Positions 11,023 through 20,364 of a stretch of DNA of 26,469 bases are shown piece by piece. Position 1 is the stretch's first letter; every line of letters starts with the position of its first letter. The translations under genes were made by a program, and so were the position numbers. The DNA is from Candidatus Fervidifonticultor quintus (lineage in GTDB: Bacteria; Sysuimicrobiota; Sysuimicrobiia; Sysuimicrobiales; Humicultoraceae): NCBI GenBank assembly GCA_031459535.1, contig JAVKIJ010000043.1, forward strand, positions 1 through 26,469, in the 5' to 3' direction. The notes below the pieces were generated by a model. It had not been told where the DNA came from, made no database searches, and saw only the letters and a program-made list of their open reading frames with translations.

Positions 11023-13029
11023 CTACGGCGCCTCCGCATTCCCGACCGGCAGGCGGATGAAGAACGACGTGCCCTTCCCGACCTCGCTCTCTACCGCGAT
11101 GGAGCCTCCGTGCTCCTTGACGATGCCGTAGCTGATGGCCAGCCCCAGCCCGGTGCCGTGTCCGAGGCCCTTGGTGGTAAAGAAGGGGTCGAAGATCCGC
11201 TCCAGATCCTCCGGGCGGATCCCGTGCCCGGTGTCAGTGATCTCCACCTCGATGATGGCTTCCGCCGGGTCGAACCGTGTGGCCAACCTCAGGCGTCCAC
11301 CTCCGTCCATGGCCTCCGCTGCATTGATGATCATGTTCATGAAGACCTGTTGCACCTGGGACGGGTCCAGGTAGGCAGAGGGGAGATTGGGCTGGAGCGA
11401 TTTCTCGATCTCGATGTTGTGAAAGAGCGCCTGGTTCTCCACCAGCGACACGCACTCCTGGAGCAGCGCGTTCACGTTGGTGGGCCTCTTCTGCGGTGTC
11501 TGCGGCCGGGCGAAGTCGAGCAGGCCGCGGACGATGTCTCGGCACCGGTCCGCCTGGTTGACGATCTTCTGCAAGCTGGCCCGCAGCGGGCTGTCCGGTG
11601 GCGCCTTCTCCAGCAGCAGGTGCGCGTAGGTGATGATCCCTTGAAGCGGGTTGTTGATCTCGTGGGCCACGCCGGCAGAGAGCTGACCGATGATCGCCAG
11701 CCGTTCGGACTCCCTGATCTTTCTCTGGGCGAAGTCCTTGAGCTGCTCGTTCCGTTCCTTGAGGGCGGCGGCCATGCGGTTGAAGTTGTCGGCGAGGTCC
11801 TGCAGCTCGTCGTTGGTCCTGAGATGGACCCGGGCGTCGAGGTTGCCGTCCGCGACCTGCCGGGACGCGGAGACCAGTTGCGTGACCGACGAGGATACCC
11901 CCCGAGAGATCCGGTAGGCAACGGCCGCGGATGTCAACGCGCCGGCCAGCACGATGGCCAGGAAGACACCCACGGTTCGCCGCCTCAGGTCCACGTATTT
12001 TTGCTCCAACACGCCCACGTAGAGGATGCCCACGACCTGGCCGGCGAGGTCCCGTAGGGGTTCGTAGGCGGCAATGTACCAGTTGGTCACCACATAGGCG
12101 CGGCCGATCCAGGGCTGTCCTTCCACTGCGACCCGCTGGTAGACGTCCTCGGCGATGCGTGTGCCGATGGCCCGCGACCCGTCCGGGTTCCTAACGTTGG
12201 TCGCGATCCGGACGTCGTCGAGGAAGAGGGTGGATGTACCGATGTCCTGGCCCCGGTACTGGACCTTCGCGAAGACGGTCTCCTTGATCTTGTCCACGAT
12301 CTCGTAATTGCGGTTTAGCAGGATCCCTCCATAGAGGACCCCGATCTCGTGGTTGCTCGCGTCCAGCACCGGCGCGGCCGCCATCAATGCCAGTCCGGCC
12401 GTCAGCTCCATGTCGGGCCGGAACCGCGCCTTTGGTGTCTCCACGAACCGGATCCGAGCCCTCTCGGCCAGATGGGGCGACTCCCGCCGCAGGTCCTCAA
12501 GGGTGACGAGCGTCACGGCAGCGACTGGCTCCTTGCGCTCCAGCGCCGCGGTGACAACCCCGTCGTGCCGCAGACCACCACCGGTGGCCCCGGCGTGGCT
12601 CGTCCGCAGGAGGACCACGCCGTCCTTGTCGGCGAGTGTCAGGAAGTCCAGCCCCTCACGCTCCCTGATCCTCGACAGATCACCTGACACCTGACCGACC
12701 TTCCGCGCCAAGAGCGCATCCCGGACCACATACCGACCGGCCGTCAGGCGCACGACGTAGTTCACGTGGTTCAACCGGCCCAGCAGGATCTCCCGAGCAG
12801 CGTTGAGGTTGTTGCGGACCGTGGTCTCTGCCTCTGACTCGATCAGGTGGCCGATGAGCCGGGTCCCCACCACGCTGAGGGCGACCACGGTCACCAGGAT
12901 GACGACCAGGAAGCTCAGGATGAGCTTGGTCGCGATCGGGAGGATGATCCCATCCCGTCGCAGGATCAGGCGGGCGAGCGCCTCCCTTGCGTCCGTCGTC
13001 CAGGCTGCCGGTCGCCCTACCGCGCCCAT
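11023..13029 (-). CDS. Membrane sensor histidine kinase (TM, extracytoplasmic Cache-like domain, TM, HAMP, HisKA, HATPase); start approximate
   Basis: TM1 LILSFLVVILVTVVALSVVG, Cache-like TLFLDDVRIATNV..RAIGT..YIAAYEPL..VGILYVG, TM2, HAMP (DELQDLADNFNRM), H-box AGVAHEINNPL, DTGHGI, FDPFFTTK and GTGLGL. The ORF-track extension to 13443 overlaps mvhG. Confidence 0.92.
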   Translation of the reverse strand: MGAVGRPAAWTTDAREALARLILRRDGIILPIATKLILSFLVVILVTVVALSVVGTRLIGHLIESEAETTVRNNLNAAREILLGRLNHVNYVVRLTAGRYVVRDALLARKVGQVSGDLSRIREREGLDFLTLADKDGVVLLRTSHAGATGGGLRHDGVVTAALERKEPVAAVTLVTLEDLRRESPHLAERARIRFVETPKARFRPDMELTAGLALMAAAPVLDASNHEIGVLYGGILLNRNYEIVDKIKETVFAKVQYRGQDIGTSTLFLDDVRIATNVRNPDGSRAIGTRIAEDVYQRVAVEGQPWIGRAYVVTNWYIAAYEPLRDLAGQVVGILYVGVLEQKYVDLRRRTVGVFLAIVLAGALTSAAVAYRISRGVSSSVTQLVSASRQVADGNLDARVHLRTNDELQDLADNFNRMAAALKERNEQLKDFAQRKIRESERLAIIGQLSAGVAHEINNPLQGIITYAHLLLEKAPPDSPLRASLQKIVNQADRCRDIVRGLLDFARPQTPQKRPTNVNALLQECVSLVENQALFHNIEIEKSLQPNLPSAYLDPSQVQQVFMNMIINAAEAMDGGGRLRLATRFDPAEAIIEVEITDTGHGIRPEDLERIFDPFFTTKGLGHGTGLGLAISYGIVKEHGGSIAVESEVGKGTSFFIRLPVGNAEAP

Positions 13030-13043
13030 CTCGGTGGTCAGTC

Positions 13044-14060
13044 TCAGGCGGCCGCCGTTGCCGCCTGAGCATCGGGCGGCGGCTCGGTGACCTTGCGCCG
13101 CAGCCGGGATGCGGGCAGCGAGTACCGGTAGAAGGTCCCGACCGGATCTGGAATCGTGGCCAGGATCGCCTCGATCGCCTGTGGGTCGGTGGCGTCTGCC
13201 AGCGCGCCGATGGCCGAGGCGACTTTGGCGCCGTAGTCGCGGACCCGGGAGGTCGGGCCGAAGCACCCCGTGCACGGCATGTGACCTCTTGGACACAGGG
13301 CCTCGCAGCCTCCCCGCGTGGCCGGTCCCAGGCACAGGAGCCCCTGAGCAAGCAGGCAGGTATTGGGATCTACCAGCACCTGGTGCGGTCGCTTGAATCC
13401 CGACAGCAGCAGCCGCTCGGGCTTGGTGGCCTTGAGCGGGCACTGATCACACAGCGCCACATCCGGAGCCAGCACGCTACCCTTCGGCGGGAGCTGGCCG
13501 GTCAGGATGGCATCAACCGCGTCCTTGATCAGCTTGGGCGTGGGCGGGCAGCCGGGCAGGTAGTAGTCCACGTCGATGACCTGGTCCAGCGCGCGGACGG
13601 TACGGCGGAAGGCGGGGAGGGTGAGCTGGCGGCCGTCCTCCCGCCAGGCCTCGGCCGGCCGGACCCCGTCCTGGTTCTGGACTGACGGCGCGTCGCTGTA
13701 GACGCACCGGAGGATGGACTCCCGGTCCCACAGGTTGGCGAGCCCGGGGATACCGCCCAGGTGCGAGCAGGCGCCGAAGGCCACCACGAGCCCGGCCTTG
13801 CGCCGCAGCAGGTGGGCCATCTCCTCCTGCTCCGAGGTGCGTATGGCGCCGTTGATGAACGCCACCGCGATGGACCCGTCCGGGGCAGCCTCGACGTCGC
13901 CGCGCTTGAAGTCCAGGGCCACGGGCCAGAAGACGATGTCCACGGCCTGGGTGACCGCCAGCACGTCCTCGGCCAGGTCCACGACCGCCTCCTCGCACCC
14001 GCCGCATGACGCGCACCAGTAGAACGCCACACGGGGTTTGGCAGTGGGTTCCGCAGACAT
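13044..14060 (-). CDS. mvhG: [NiFe]-hydrogenase small subunit (MvhG)
   Basis: Start is ATG14060 after GGGAGGTG. Motifs are WCASCGGCEE, GACSHLGGIPGL, LPGCPP, CDQCP and CLLAQGLLCLGPATRGGCEALCP..PCTGCFGP. No Tat leader, so it is cytoplasmic. Confidence 0.92.
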   Translation of the reverse strand: MSAEPTAKPRVAFYWCASCGGCEEAVVDLAEDVLAVTQAVDIVFWPVALDFKRGDVEAAPDGSIAVAFINGAIRTSEQEEMAHLLRRKAGLVVAFGACSHLGGIPGLANLWDRESILRCVYSDAPSVQNQDGVRPAEAWREDGRQLTLPAFRRTVRALDQVIDVDYYLPGCPPTPKLIKDAVDAILTGQLPPKGSVLAPDVALCDQCPLKATKPERLLLSGFKRPHQVLVDPNTCLLAQGLLCLGPATRGGCEALCPRGHMPCTGCFGPTSRVRDYGAKVASAIGALADATDPQAIEAILATIPDPVGTFYRYSLPASRLRRKVTEPPPDAQAATAAA

Positions 14061-14065
14061 TCCGC

Positions 14066-14584
14066 TCACCTCCCGTCCGATGCCGCCGCGGCCACGGCGG
14101 CCTCGGCGGGGACTTCGCCAGCGAGCATCTCGGCGTCCCACCGGCGCCATCGGCCCGGCAGGTCGAGCCGGCCCAGGCTGCGCAGCGTGGCGGTCATCTC
14201 CGCCACGACCCGCGCCACCTTCTCGCCTTCGGACGCGGAGATCCACTCCAGGCGCAGGCGTTCGTCCTCGATGCCCATCTCCCGCAGCATGCGCCGCAGC
14301 AGGGTCATCCGCCGCAGCGCCTTGTAGTTGCCCTCGGCATAGTGGCAGTCGCCTGGATGACAGCCTCCGATGAGCACGCCGTCGGCCCCCTGCGCGAAGG
14401 CCTCGACCACGAACTGGGGGTCGACGCGCCCCGAGCACATCACCCGGATCACGCGCACGTTGGGCGGATACTTCATGCGCGAGGTTCCGGCCAGGTCGGC
14501 TGCGGTGTAGGTGCACCAGTTGCAGAAGAACGCCACGATGGTCGGTTCCTGTCCGTCTGTCGTCCCGACTCGCTGCTCTTCCAT
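14066..14584 (-). CDS. mvhD: MvhD [2Fe-2S] subunit
   Basis: [43 protein letters not shown] and [15 protein letters not shown]14584 follows GGAGGGA. Confidence 0.95.
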   Translation of the reverse strand: MEEQRVGTTDGQEPTIVAFFCNWCTYTAADLAGTSRMKYPPNVRVIRVMCSGRVDPQFVVEAFAQGADGVLIGGCHPGDCHYAEGNYKALRRMTLLRRMLREMGIEDERLRLEWISASEGEKVARVVAEMTATLRSLGRLDLPGRWRRWDAEMLAGEVPAEAAVAAAASDGR

Positions 14585-14605
14585 CGCCACTCCCTCCGTG
14601 CGCCG

Positions 14606-16609
14606 CTATGCCGCCGCCAGGATGCCCTGGATCTCGGCGAAGACCTGGTCGTCCTCAAAGAGATGCTGGCGGATCGAGCCCGACGGACAGGCGGCAACGC
14701 AGACGCCGCAGCCCTTGCACAGGGCCTCGGTGATCTGCGCCTTGGCCGTCGCGGCATTGAACGTGATGGCATTGTACGGACACAGCGGGATGCAGGTCTT
14801 GCATCCCGAGCACTCGTCTTCCAGGATGTAAGCCGTATTGGGCTCCAGCTCGATTTGCCCCACGTCGATGAGCGCCAGCGCCTCGGCGGCCGCCGCTCCG
14901 GCCTGGGCCACCGAGTCGGGGATGTCCTTGGGCCCCTGGCAGGCACCGGCGAGGAAGATCCCGTCGGTGAAGGTGCTCACCGGGGCCAGCTTGGGGTGCC
15001 GTTCCAGGAACCACCCTTCATTGGAGCACGAGATGTTGAATAGGCGGCGCACCTCCTGGGCGTCCGGCTGCGCCTCCAGCCCCACGCTGAGCACCACCAT
15101 GTCCACCGGGATGCGCCGGACCATGCCGGCCAGCGTGTCCTCGACCTGGATGACCAGCTTGCCCTGCTCCTCGGGAGTCTGGGCCCAGTCGGACACCTGT
15201 CCCACCTTGCCCCGGATGAAGCGGATGCCCTCGTCGAGGGCCCGGTTGTAGAACTCCTCGAACCCCTTGCCGGGGGTGCGGATGTCGATGTAGAAGTTGC
15301 AGACCTCGGCGCCGGTGCGCTCGCGGATCAGGTGCGCCAGCTTGATGGAGTACATGCAGCAGACGCGGGAGCAGTAGACGTTGTAGTTCGTGTCGCGGGA
15401 GCCGACGCAGTGGATGATGCCGACCCGCTGAGGCTTGCGGCCGTCGCGCATGACGATCTCGCCGCCGGTGGGCCCCGAGGCGTTGATCAGACGCTCGACC
15501 TCCAACGCGGTGTAGACGTTGGGATAGACGCCGTACCCGTAGTACGGGATGCGACGGGCATCGAAGGTCCGGAAGCCCGTGGCCAGGATGATGGCGCCGA
15601 CCTCGATCTCCTCGGTGGTCTCGGTCTGCTTGAAGTTGATGGCGTTGCGGTCGCCGCAGGCCTCGACGCAGGTCTTCTTGCACCGGCCCGACTTGAACTC
15701 GATGCACGCCTCGGGGTCGATGACCACCACCTGGGGGACAGCCTGTGGGAAGGGCATGTAGATCGGCTTGCGCTTGCTCAGGCCCAGGTTGAACTCATCA
15801 GGGGTCTTGCCTTCCTTGTAGACGCACGCTTCGATGCACTCCCGGCACCCCACGCAGAGCTCCTCGTCCACGTAGCGCGGCCGGCGTCGGACGGTCACCT
15901 TGTAGTTGCCCACGAAGCCCTCGACCTTCTGGACGTCCGAGTAGGTCCACAGGGTGATGTTGGGGTGGGCCTTGACCGCCGTCATCTTAGGCGTGAGGAT
16001 GCACGCGGCGCAGTCCAGGGTGGGAAAGGTCTTGTCGAACTGGGCCATGTGGCCGCCGATGGTGGGCTCGCGTTCCACCAGGTAGACGTGCTTGCCGGCG
16101 TTGGCCATGATCAGCGCCGCGTGGATCCCCGCGATCCCTCCACCGACCACCAGGACGTTGGGGTTAACGGGAACGGTGCGGCGCTCCAGCGCTTCGTGGA
16201 AGACCACCCGCTGCACCGCGGCCCGGACCAGATCCATGGCCTTGCGCGTGGCGGCCTCCCGATCGTCGTGCACCCAGGAGTCCAGCTCGCGCACGCTGAC
16301 CATCTGGAAGTAGTAGGGGTTGAGACCGCCGGCGGCCGTGGCGCCGCGGAACGTGTGCTCGTGGAGCAATGGCGAGCACGCCGCTACCACCACCCGGTTC
16401 AGCCGGTGCTCCTCGATGTCTTTCTTGATGAGCTCCTGACCAGGGTCGGAGCACATGTACTTGTAGTCCCGGGCGATGACCACGTGGGGCAGTCTGGCCG
16501 CGTAGGCAGCCAGGCGCCCGACGTCCACGGTCCCGGCGATGTTCGTGCCGCAGTGACAGATGTAGACCCCGACGCGCGGGCCGCCGTTGGGCGAATAGGC
16601 CTCAGGCAT
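14606..16609 (-). CDS. hdrA: Heterodisulfide reductase subunit A (FAD/Fe-S, bifurcating type)
   Basis: VYICHCGTNIAG, MCSDPGQ, AACSP, VVGGGIAG, FDKTFPTLDCAAC, an inserted ferredoxin domain, ALEVERL, HCVGSRD, CSRVCCMYSIK, GACQGPKDIP, and C-terminal CSGCKTC..CP / CKGCGVC..CP. Confidence 0.96.
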   Translation of the reverse strand: MPEAYSPNGGPRVGVYICHCGTNIAGTVDVGRLAAYAARLPHVVIARDYKYMCSDPGQELIKKDIEEHRLNRVVVAACSPLLHEHTFRGATAAGGLNPYYFQMVSVRELDSWVHDDREAATRKAMDLVRAAVQRVVFHEALERRTVPVNPNVLVVGGGIAGIHAALIMANAGKHVYLVEREPTIGGHMAQFDKTFPTLDCAACILTPKMTAVKAHPNITLWTYSDVQKVEGFVGNYKVTVRRRPRYVDEELCVGCRECIEACVYKEGKTPDEFNLGLSKRKPIYMPFPQAVPQVVVIDPEACIEFKSGRCKKTCVEACGDRNAINFKQTETTEEIEVGAIILATGFRTFDARRIPYYGYGVYPNVYTALEVERLINASGPTGGEIVMRDGRKPQRVGIIHCVGSRDTNYNVYCSRVCCMYSIKLAHLIRERTGAEVCNFYIDIRTPGKGFEEFYNRALDEGIRFIRGKVGQVSDWAQTPEEQGKLVIQVEDTLAGMVRRIPVDMVVLSVGLEAQPDAQEVRRLFNISCSNEGWFLERHPKLAPVSTFTDGIFLAGACQGPKDIPDSVAQAGAAAAEALALIDVGQIELEPNTAYILEDECSGCKTCIPLCPYNAITFNAATAKAQITEALCKGCGVCVAACPSGSIRQHLFEDDQVFAEIQGILAAA

Positions 16610-18608
16610 GAGCGGACACCTCCACAGTCAGCGCCTCCTCGACCAGTTCAGCCACGTCCTTGACCACGAGTTTGCCTTCCAGGCCGGAAGTCTTCACCGC
16701 ATCGCGAAACATGGCGAGCTCCTTGGGGCACGCCACAGCCAGGGTCTCCACGCCGTCCAGGCTGGCAGCTTCCCGGACGCGGCTCTCGGCGGGCCGCTCC
16801 CGCAGGCCGGCAGCCTCCTGCATCCACACCCGCCCGCCTCCGGCTCCGCAACAGTAGGAGCCGGCGCGGGTCCGTGGCATCTCCACCAGCTCTCCCAGGG
16901 CCGCCAGCACCCGCCTAGGCGGCTCGAACACACCGTTGTACCGGCCGAGGTAGCAGGGGTCGTGATAGGTGATGCGCCGGCCCCGCGCCCGCGCCGGACG
17001 CAGCCGGCCCTCCTGGCAGGCCTGGTCGAGCACCTCGGTGTAGTGCAGCACCGGCCAGGACGCGCCCAGGACCGGATACTCGTTCTTCAGCGTGTTGTAG
17101 GTGTGCGGATCGGTGGTGACGATCTTCTCGAACCGGCACTTGCGCATCGCCGCCAGGTTCTTCTCCGCCAGCATCTCGAAGAGGCCTTCCTCGCCGACGC
17201 GGCGGATGTCATTGCCGGCGGTGCTCTCCGCGTCGTAGAGGATGCCGACGTCCACCCCCGCGCGGCGGAAGAGCCGCGCCACGGCCCGGGTGGCCTCGCG
17301 GGCCTGCGGATCATACGACGCGAAGTCGCCCACGAACCACAGATACTCGGCGGGTTCCTTCCGGATGTCCTTGATCGGGACGGCCAGCCCTTGGGTCCAG
17401 CGGGCGCGCATCTTGGGCGACTGCCCGAACGAGTTACCATAGCGGGACGCCGCCGTGAGCGCATCCTGGAGATGCGAATCCACCTCGCCGCGACCGACCA
17501 GGTGACGGCGCATCTCCACCAGCTTGGGGATGGGCTCGATGAAGACCGGGCACGCCTCGTGGCAGGCGCCGCACGTGAAGCAGGCCCAGATCGTCTCCGC
17601 GTTGACCACCTGACCGATCAGGGCCCGGGCCCCGTTGCGGCGAGCGCGCAGGTGAGCGCGCAGGTCCAGCACGAGCCCCTTGGGGCTCAGCGGCGTCCCC
17701 GAGAGCCACGCGGGGCACGCGGCCTGGCACCGTCCGCACTCGGTACACGCCTCCAGGTCCAGCAGGTGCTTCCACGTGAACTGCTCGATGGAGAAGACGC
17801 CGGGATCCGACGCCTGGGCTCCGCCCGGGCTCGGGTTGCTGGTCCCGTGCAACCTGCCCATGGGCTCCAGTGAGCGGAAGAAGATGTTGAGCGGGGCAGT
17901 CAGCACGTGCAGAATGCCCGAGAACGGCAGATACGCGATGAAGGCGAACGCCAGCACGGCATGGCCCCACCACGTGTAGCGGTGGAGCCTCTCGAGCACG
18001 CCCGCTTCCATGCCGCGAAAGGCCTGCGCCGCGATCCACCCGCCTGGCGACCACAGCGCCCACGGGTCCCGGGTCGCGACGATCCGCAGCCCTTCCACCG
18101 CAAAGCCGGACAGCAGGATCAGGAAGGTGAGGACGAGCAGGACCGAGTACCGGTCCGACCGGCGTGGCTCCCTCAGCCGCGCCGGTCGTAGCACCCATCG
18201 TCGGAAGAGCGCCATGCCTGTACCCACCACGGCCAGGATGCCGAAGAGGTCCACGACCAGGGCCATGAAGTACAGGTAGAACGGTCCCCGCAACGTGGGA
18301 ACCCCCAGGTACTCTTCCAGCATGACGAGGCATGTGGCCGCAAAGAGCACCACGAATCCCCAGAACAGCGAGGCGTGCAGGATGCCCGCGTACGCCTCCC
18401 GGAGAATTCGGACCTGCGCCAGGCCGTGGGCGATCAGACCGGTCAGACGGATCCACGGGTGATCCCACCGAACCTCGGGCCGGCCGCGCAGCCACCGCCG
18501 GACCGTGGCGACACACCCCCAGACGAACGCCGCGACAAACGGTAGGAAGAGCAGGTAGATGAGTTTGTGGGCAGGGATGTTCCAGTACGCCTCGCGGAAC
18601 GGAGTCAC
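16602..18608 (-). CDS. Membrane-anchored Fe-S oxidoreductase: NarI/cytochrome b-like TM domain + 2x[4Fe-4S] + two CCG-type domains (HdrF/FadF/EMO-like ETF partner)
   Basis: N-terminal TM helices carry candidate heme His residues (ILHASLFWGF, WWGHAVLA, ILHVLTAP) and ILLSGFAVEGLR. Further motifs are CTECGRCQAACP, CFTCGACHEACP, YHDPCYLGR and CCGAGGG. GTG start overlaps the etfA stop (GTGA). Confidence 0.88.
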   Translation of the reverse strand: MTPFREAYWNIPAHKLIYLLFLPFVAAFVWGCVATVRRWLRGRPEVRWDHPWIRLTGLIAHGLAQVRILREAYAGILHASLFWGFVVLFAATCLVMLEEYLGVPTLRGPFYLYFMALVVDLFGILAVVGTGMALFRRWVLRPARLREPRRSDRYSVLLVLTFLILLSGFAVEGLRIVATRDPWALWSPGGWIAAQAFRGMEAGVLERLHRYTWWGHAVLAFAFIAYLPFSGILHVLTAPLNIFFRSLEPMGRLHGTSNPSPGGAQASDPGVFSIEQFTWKHLLDLEACTECGRCQAACPAWLSGTPLSPKGLVLDLRAHLRARRNGARALIGQVVNAETIWACFTCGACHEACPVFIEPIPKLVEMRRHLVGRGEVDSHLQDALTAASRYGNSFGQSPKMRARWTQGLAVPIKDIRKEPAEYLWFVGDFASYDPQAREATRAVARLFRRAGVDVGILYDAESTAGNDIRRVGEEGLFEMLAEKNLAAMRKCRFEKIVTTDPHTYNTLKNEYPVLGASWPVLHYTEVLDQACQEGRLRPARARGRRITYHDPCYLGRYNGVFEPPRRVLAALGELVEMPRTRAGSYCCGAGGGRVWMQEAAGLRERPAESRVREAASLDGVETLAVACPKELAMFRDAVKTSGLEGKLVVKDVAELVEEALTVEVSAHA

Positions 18609-19603
18609 GACGCCGCCGCCATCCCTTTCCGCTTCTCGATTTCATCCTTCAGCACGGGCAGGAGCTCGAACATGTCCAGCACCGCGCCGTAGTCTGCCAC
18701 GTCGAAGATGGGCGCGTTGGGGTCACTGTTGACGGCGATGATCAACTCGGCGTCTTTCATCCCCTCCACGTGCTCCGGGGCCCCGCTGATGCCCAGGGCG
18801 AGGTAGAGTCGGGGTTTGACGATCAGGCCCGACTTGCCGATCTGCCGGGACAGCGGTAGCCACCCCTGGTCTACCGTCGGCCGCGACCCGCAGACGGCTC
18901 CGCCCAGTGCCTGCGCCAGGTCCTCGGCGAGGGGCAGGTTCTCTTTCCGCTGCAGGCCCCGGCCGACGGCCACGAGCACGGGCACCTTGGTGATGTCCAC
19001 ATCGCCGGCCGCCGGCTCGAGCAGCCGCCGGACCTTCATCCGGATGTCCAGCGCCGGCGGGGGCGGCACGTTCTCGATCTGGGGAGTCCGGTCAGAGAGG
19101 CCGCTTTCGGCCGGGAAGGCGCCGGACAGCACGGTCACCGCCGCCGGCCGCTCGACAATCTGGGCCTCGGCCAGGAGCTTCCCCCCGCACATCTGGCTGG
19201 TGACGACCAGCCGGTCGTCTTCCACCGCAACGTCCGTGGCATTGACAGCCAGGGGCATCTTCAGGCTGCCGGCCAGCACGGCGGCCAGATCCATCCCGAT
19301 GGACGTCGCCCCGAAGAACACGACGCGCGGGCCTCGGTGCTGTACCAGGTCGCGCAGCACGGCCGCATGCGCTCCGGGTGTGAACTCAGCCAGCGACGGG
19401 TCTTCCACCGAGATGACCACATCCGCGGCGCCCAGTGTGCTCGCCAGCGGCTGCGTCCCTGCGCCGAGGATCACCGCGGCTAGCCTGCCGCCGAGTGCGT
19501 CGGCGATCTCGCGGCCCTTGCCCAGCATCTCGTAGGTCGATCCGGCGACCGTTCCCCGCAGGTGCTCCACGTAGACCCAGACGTCCTGTCCCGATGCGCT
19601 CAT
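18605..19603 (-). CDS. etfA: Electron transfer flavoprotein alpha subunit
   Basis: VWVYVEH, VAVGRG, LGGAVCGSRPTVDQGWLP..RQIGKSG, LYLALGISGAPEH and IIAVNSDPNAPIFDVADYG. Confidence 0.93.
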   Translation of the reverse strand: MSASGQDVWVYVEHLRGTVAGSTYEMLGKGREIADALGGRLAAVILGAGTQPLASTLGAADVVISVEDPSLAEFTPGAHAAVLRDLVQHRGPRVVFFGATSIGMDLAAVLAGSLKMPLAVNATDVAVEDDRLVVTSQMCGGKLLAEAQIVERPAAVTVLSGAFPAESGLSDRTPQIENVPPPPALDIRMKVRRLLEPAAGDVDITKVPVLVAVGRGLQRKENLPLAEDLAQALGGAVCGSRPTVDQGWLPLSRQIGKSGLIVKPRLYLALGISGAPEHVEGMKDAELIIAVNSDPNAPIFDVADYGAVLDMFELLPVLKDEIEKRKGMAAAS

Positions 19604-20364
19604 CGCAGCAACCCCCGGTCCGCCAGAATCGTCGCGATCTGTCCGGCCACGTCCTGGGGCGAGCCGGCCAGGATCGTGGCTCGCTCGGCAGGTTGGGGTT
19701 TGAAGAGCCTGCGGATGGCGGGCCCGGGGAGGGTCTGGCGAGCCGATACCGGCCGCTCGGTGAGGCTGCGGCTCTTGCGCGTCTCCCGGATTCTCGCCAC
19801 CGGTACATACCGGGGCGGCTGAGGCGCCGAGAGCACGCCCATCACCGCTGGCGGGACCACCTCGATCTCAGCGGCAAAGCCCCCAGGGTACTCTTTCTGG
19901 ACGACCAGCGTGCCGTCTGCCAGCTCGACCGAGCGCGTGACGCCGACGAACGGCAGGCCCAGGAGCCCCGCCAGCAGCCCGGCCGCATGCCCGTCGTGAT
20001 CGTCGATGGCGTAGACCCCGGTGAGGACCAGGTCGGCCGGGGAGGCCCCGAGCGCGTCGGCGAACACCTCGGCCGCCGCTCGCTTGGTGAGAGGCCCGGG
20101 GAGGCCCGTGAGTTTGACCGCCTCATCGGCCCCTTTCGCCAGCGAGGAGAACAGCGCTTCGTCCACGTCCCCGTAGTCCAGGCCGAACGTGGTCACCCGG
20201 GCGCCGTGACGGTCCTTGAGCAGCAGGGCTTGCTCCAGGGCGTGCTCGTCGCTCTCGCTGAGCACGTAGCGCATCCACTGGGTGTCCAGCGCCACCCCGG
20301 AGGTGTCGATCTCCAGTTCCTCGACCAGGTCGGGCACCATGCTGAGCAGCACCGCGATGTTCAT
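19600..20364 (-). CDS. etfB: Electron transfer flavoprotein beta subunit
   Basis: Start is ATG20364 (MNIAVLLSMVPD), an ATGA overlap. Motifs are SDEHALEQALLLK, LAKGADEA, DLVLTG..AID..DG..LAGLLGLP and PRY. Confidence 0.9.
   Translation of the reverse strand: MNIAVLLSMVPDLVEELEIDTSGVALDTQWMRYVLSESDEHALEQALLLKDRHGARVTTFGLDYGDVDEALFSSLAKGADEAVKLTGLPGPLTKRAAAEVFADALGASPADLVLTGVYAIDDHDGHAAGLLAGLLGLPFVGVTRSVELADGTLVVQKEYPGGFAAEIEVVPPAVMGVLSAPQPPRYVPVARIRETRKSRSLTERPVSARQTLPGPAIRRLFKPQPAERATILAGSPQDVAGQIATILADRGLLR

Noticed and set aside
6461-16609. Selenocysteine in HdrA, MvhD or MvhA
   Set aside because: The positions that are Sec in some homologues are Cys codons here ([24 protein letters not shown]), and there is no in-frame TGA.
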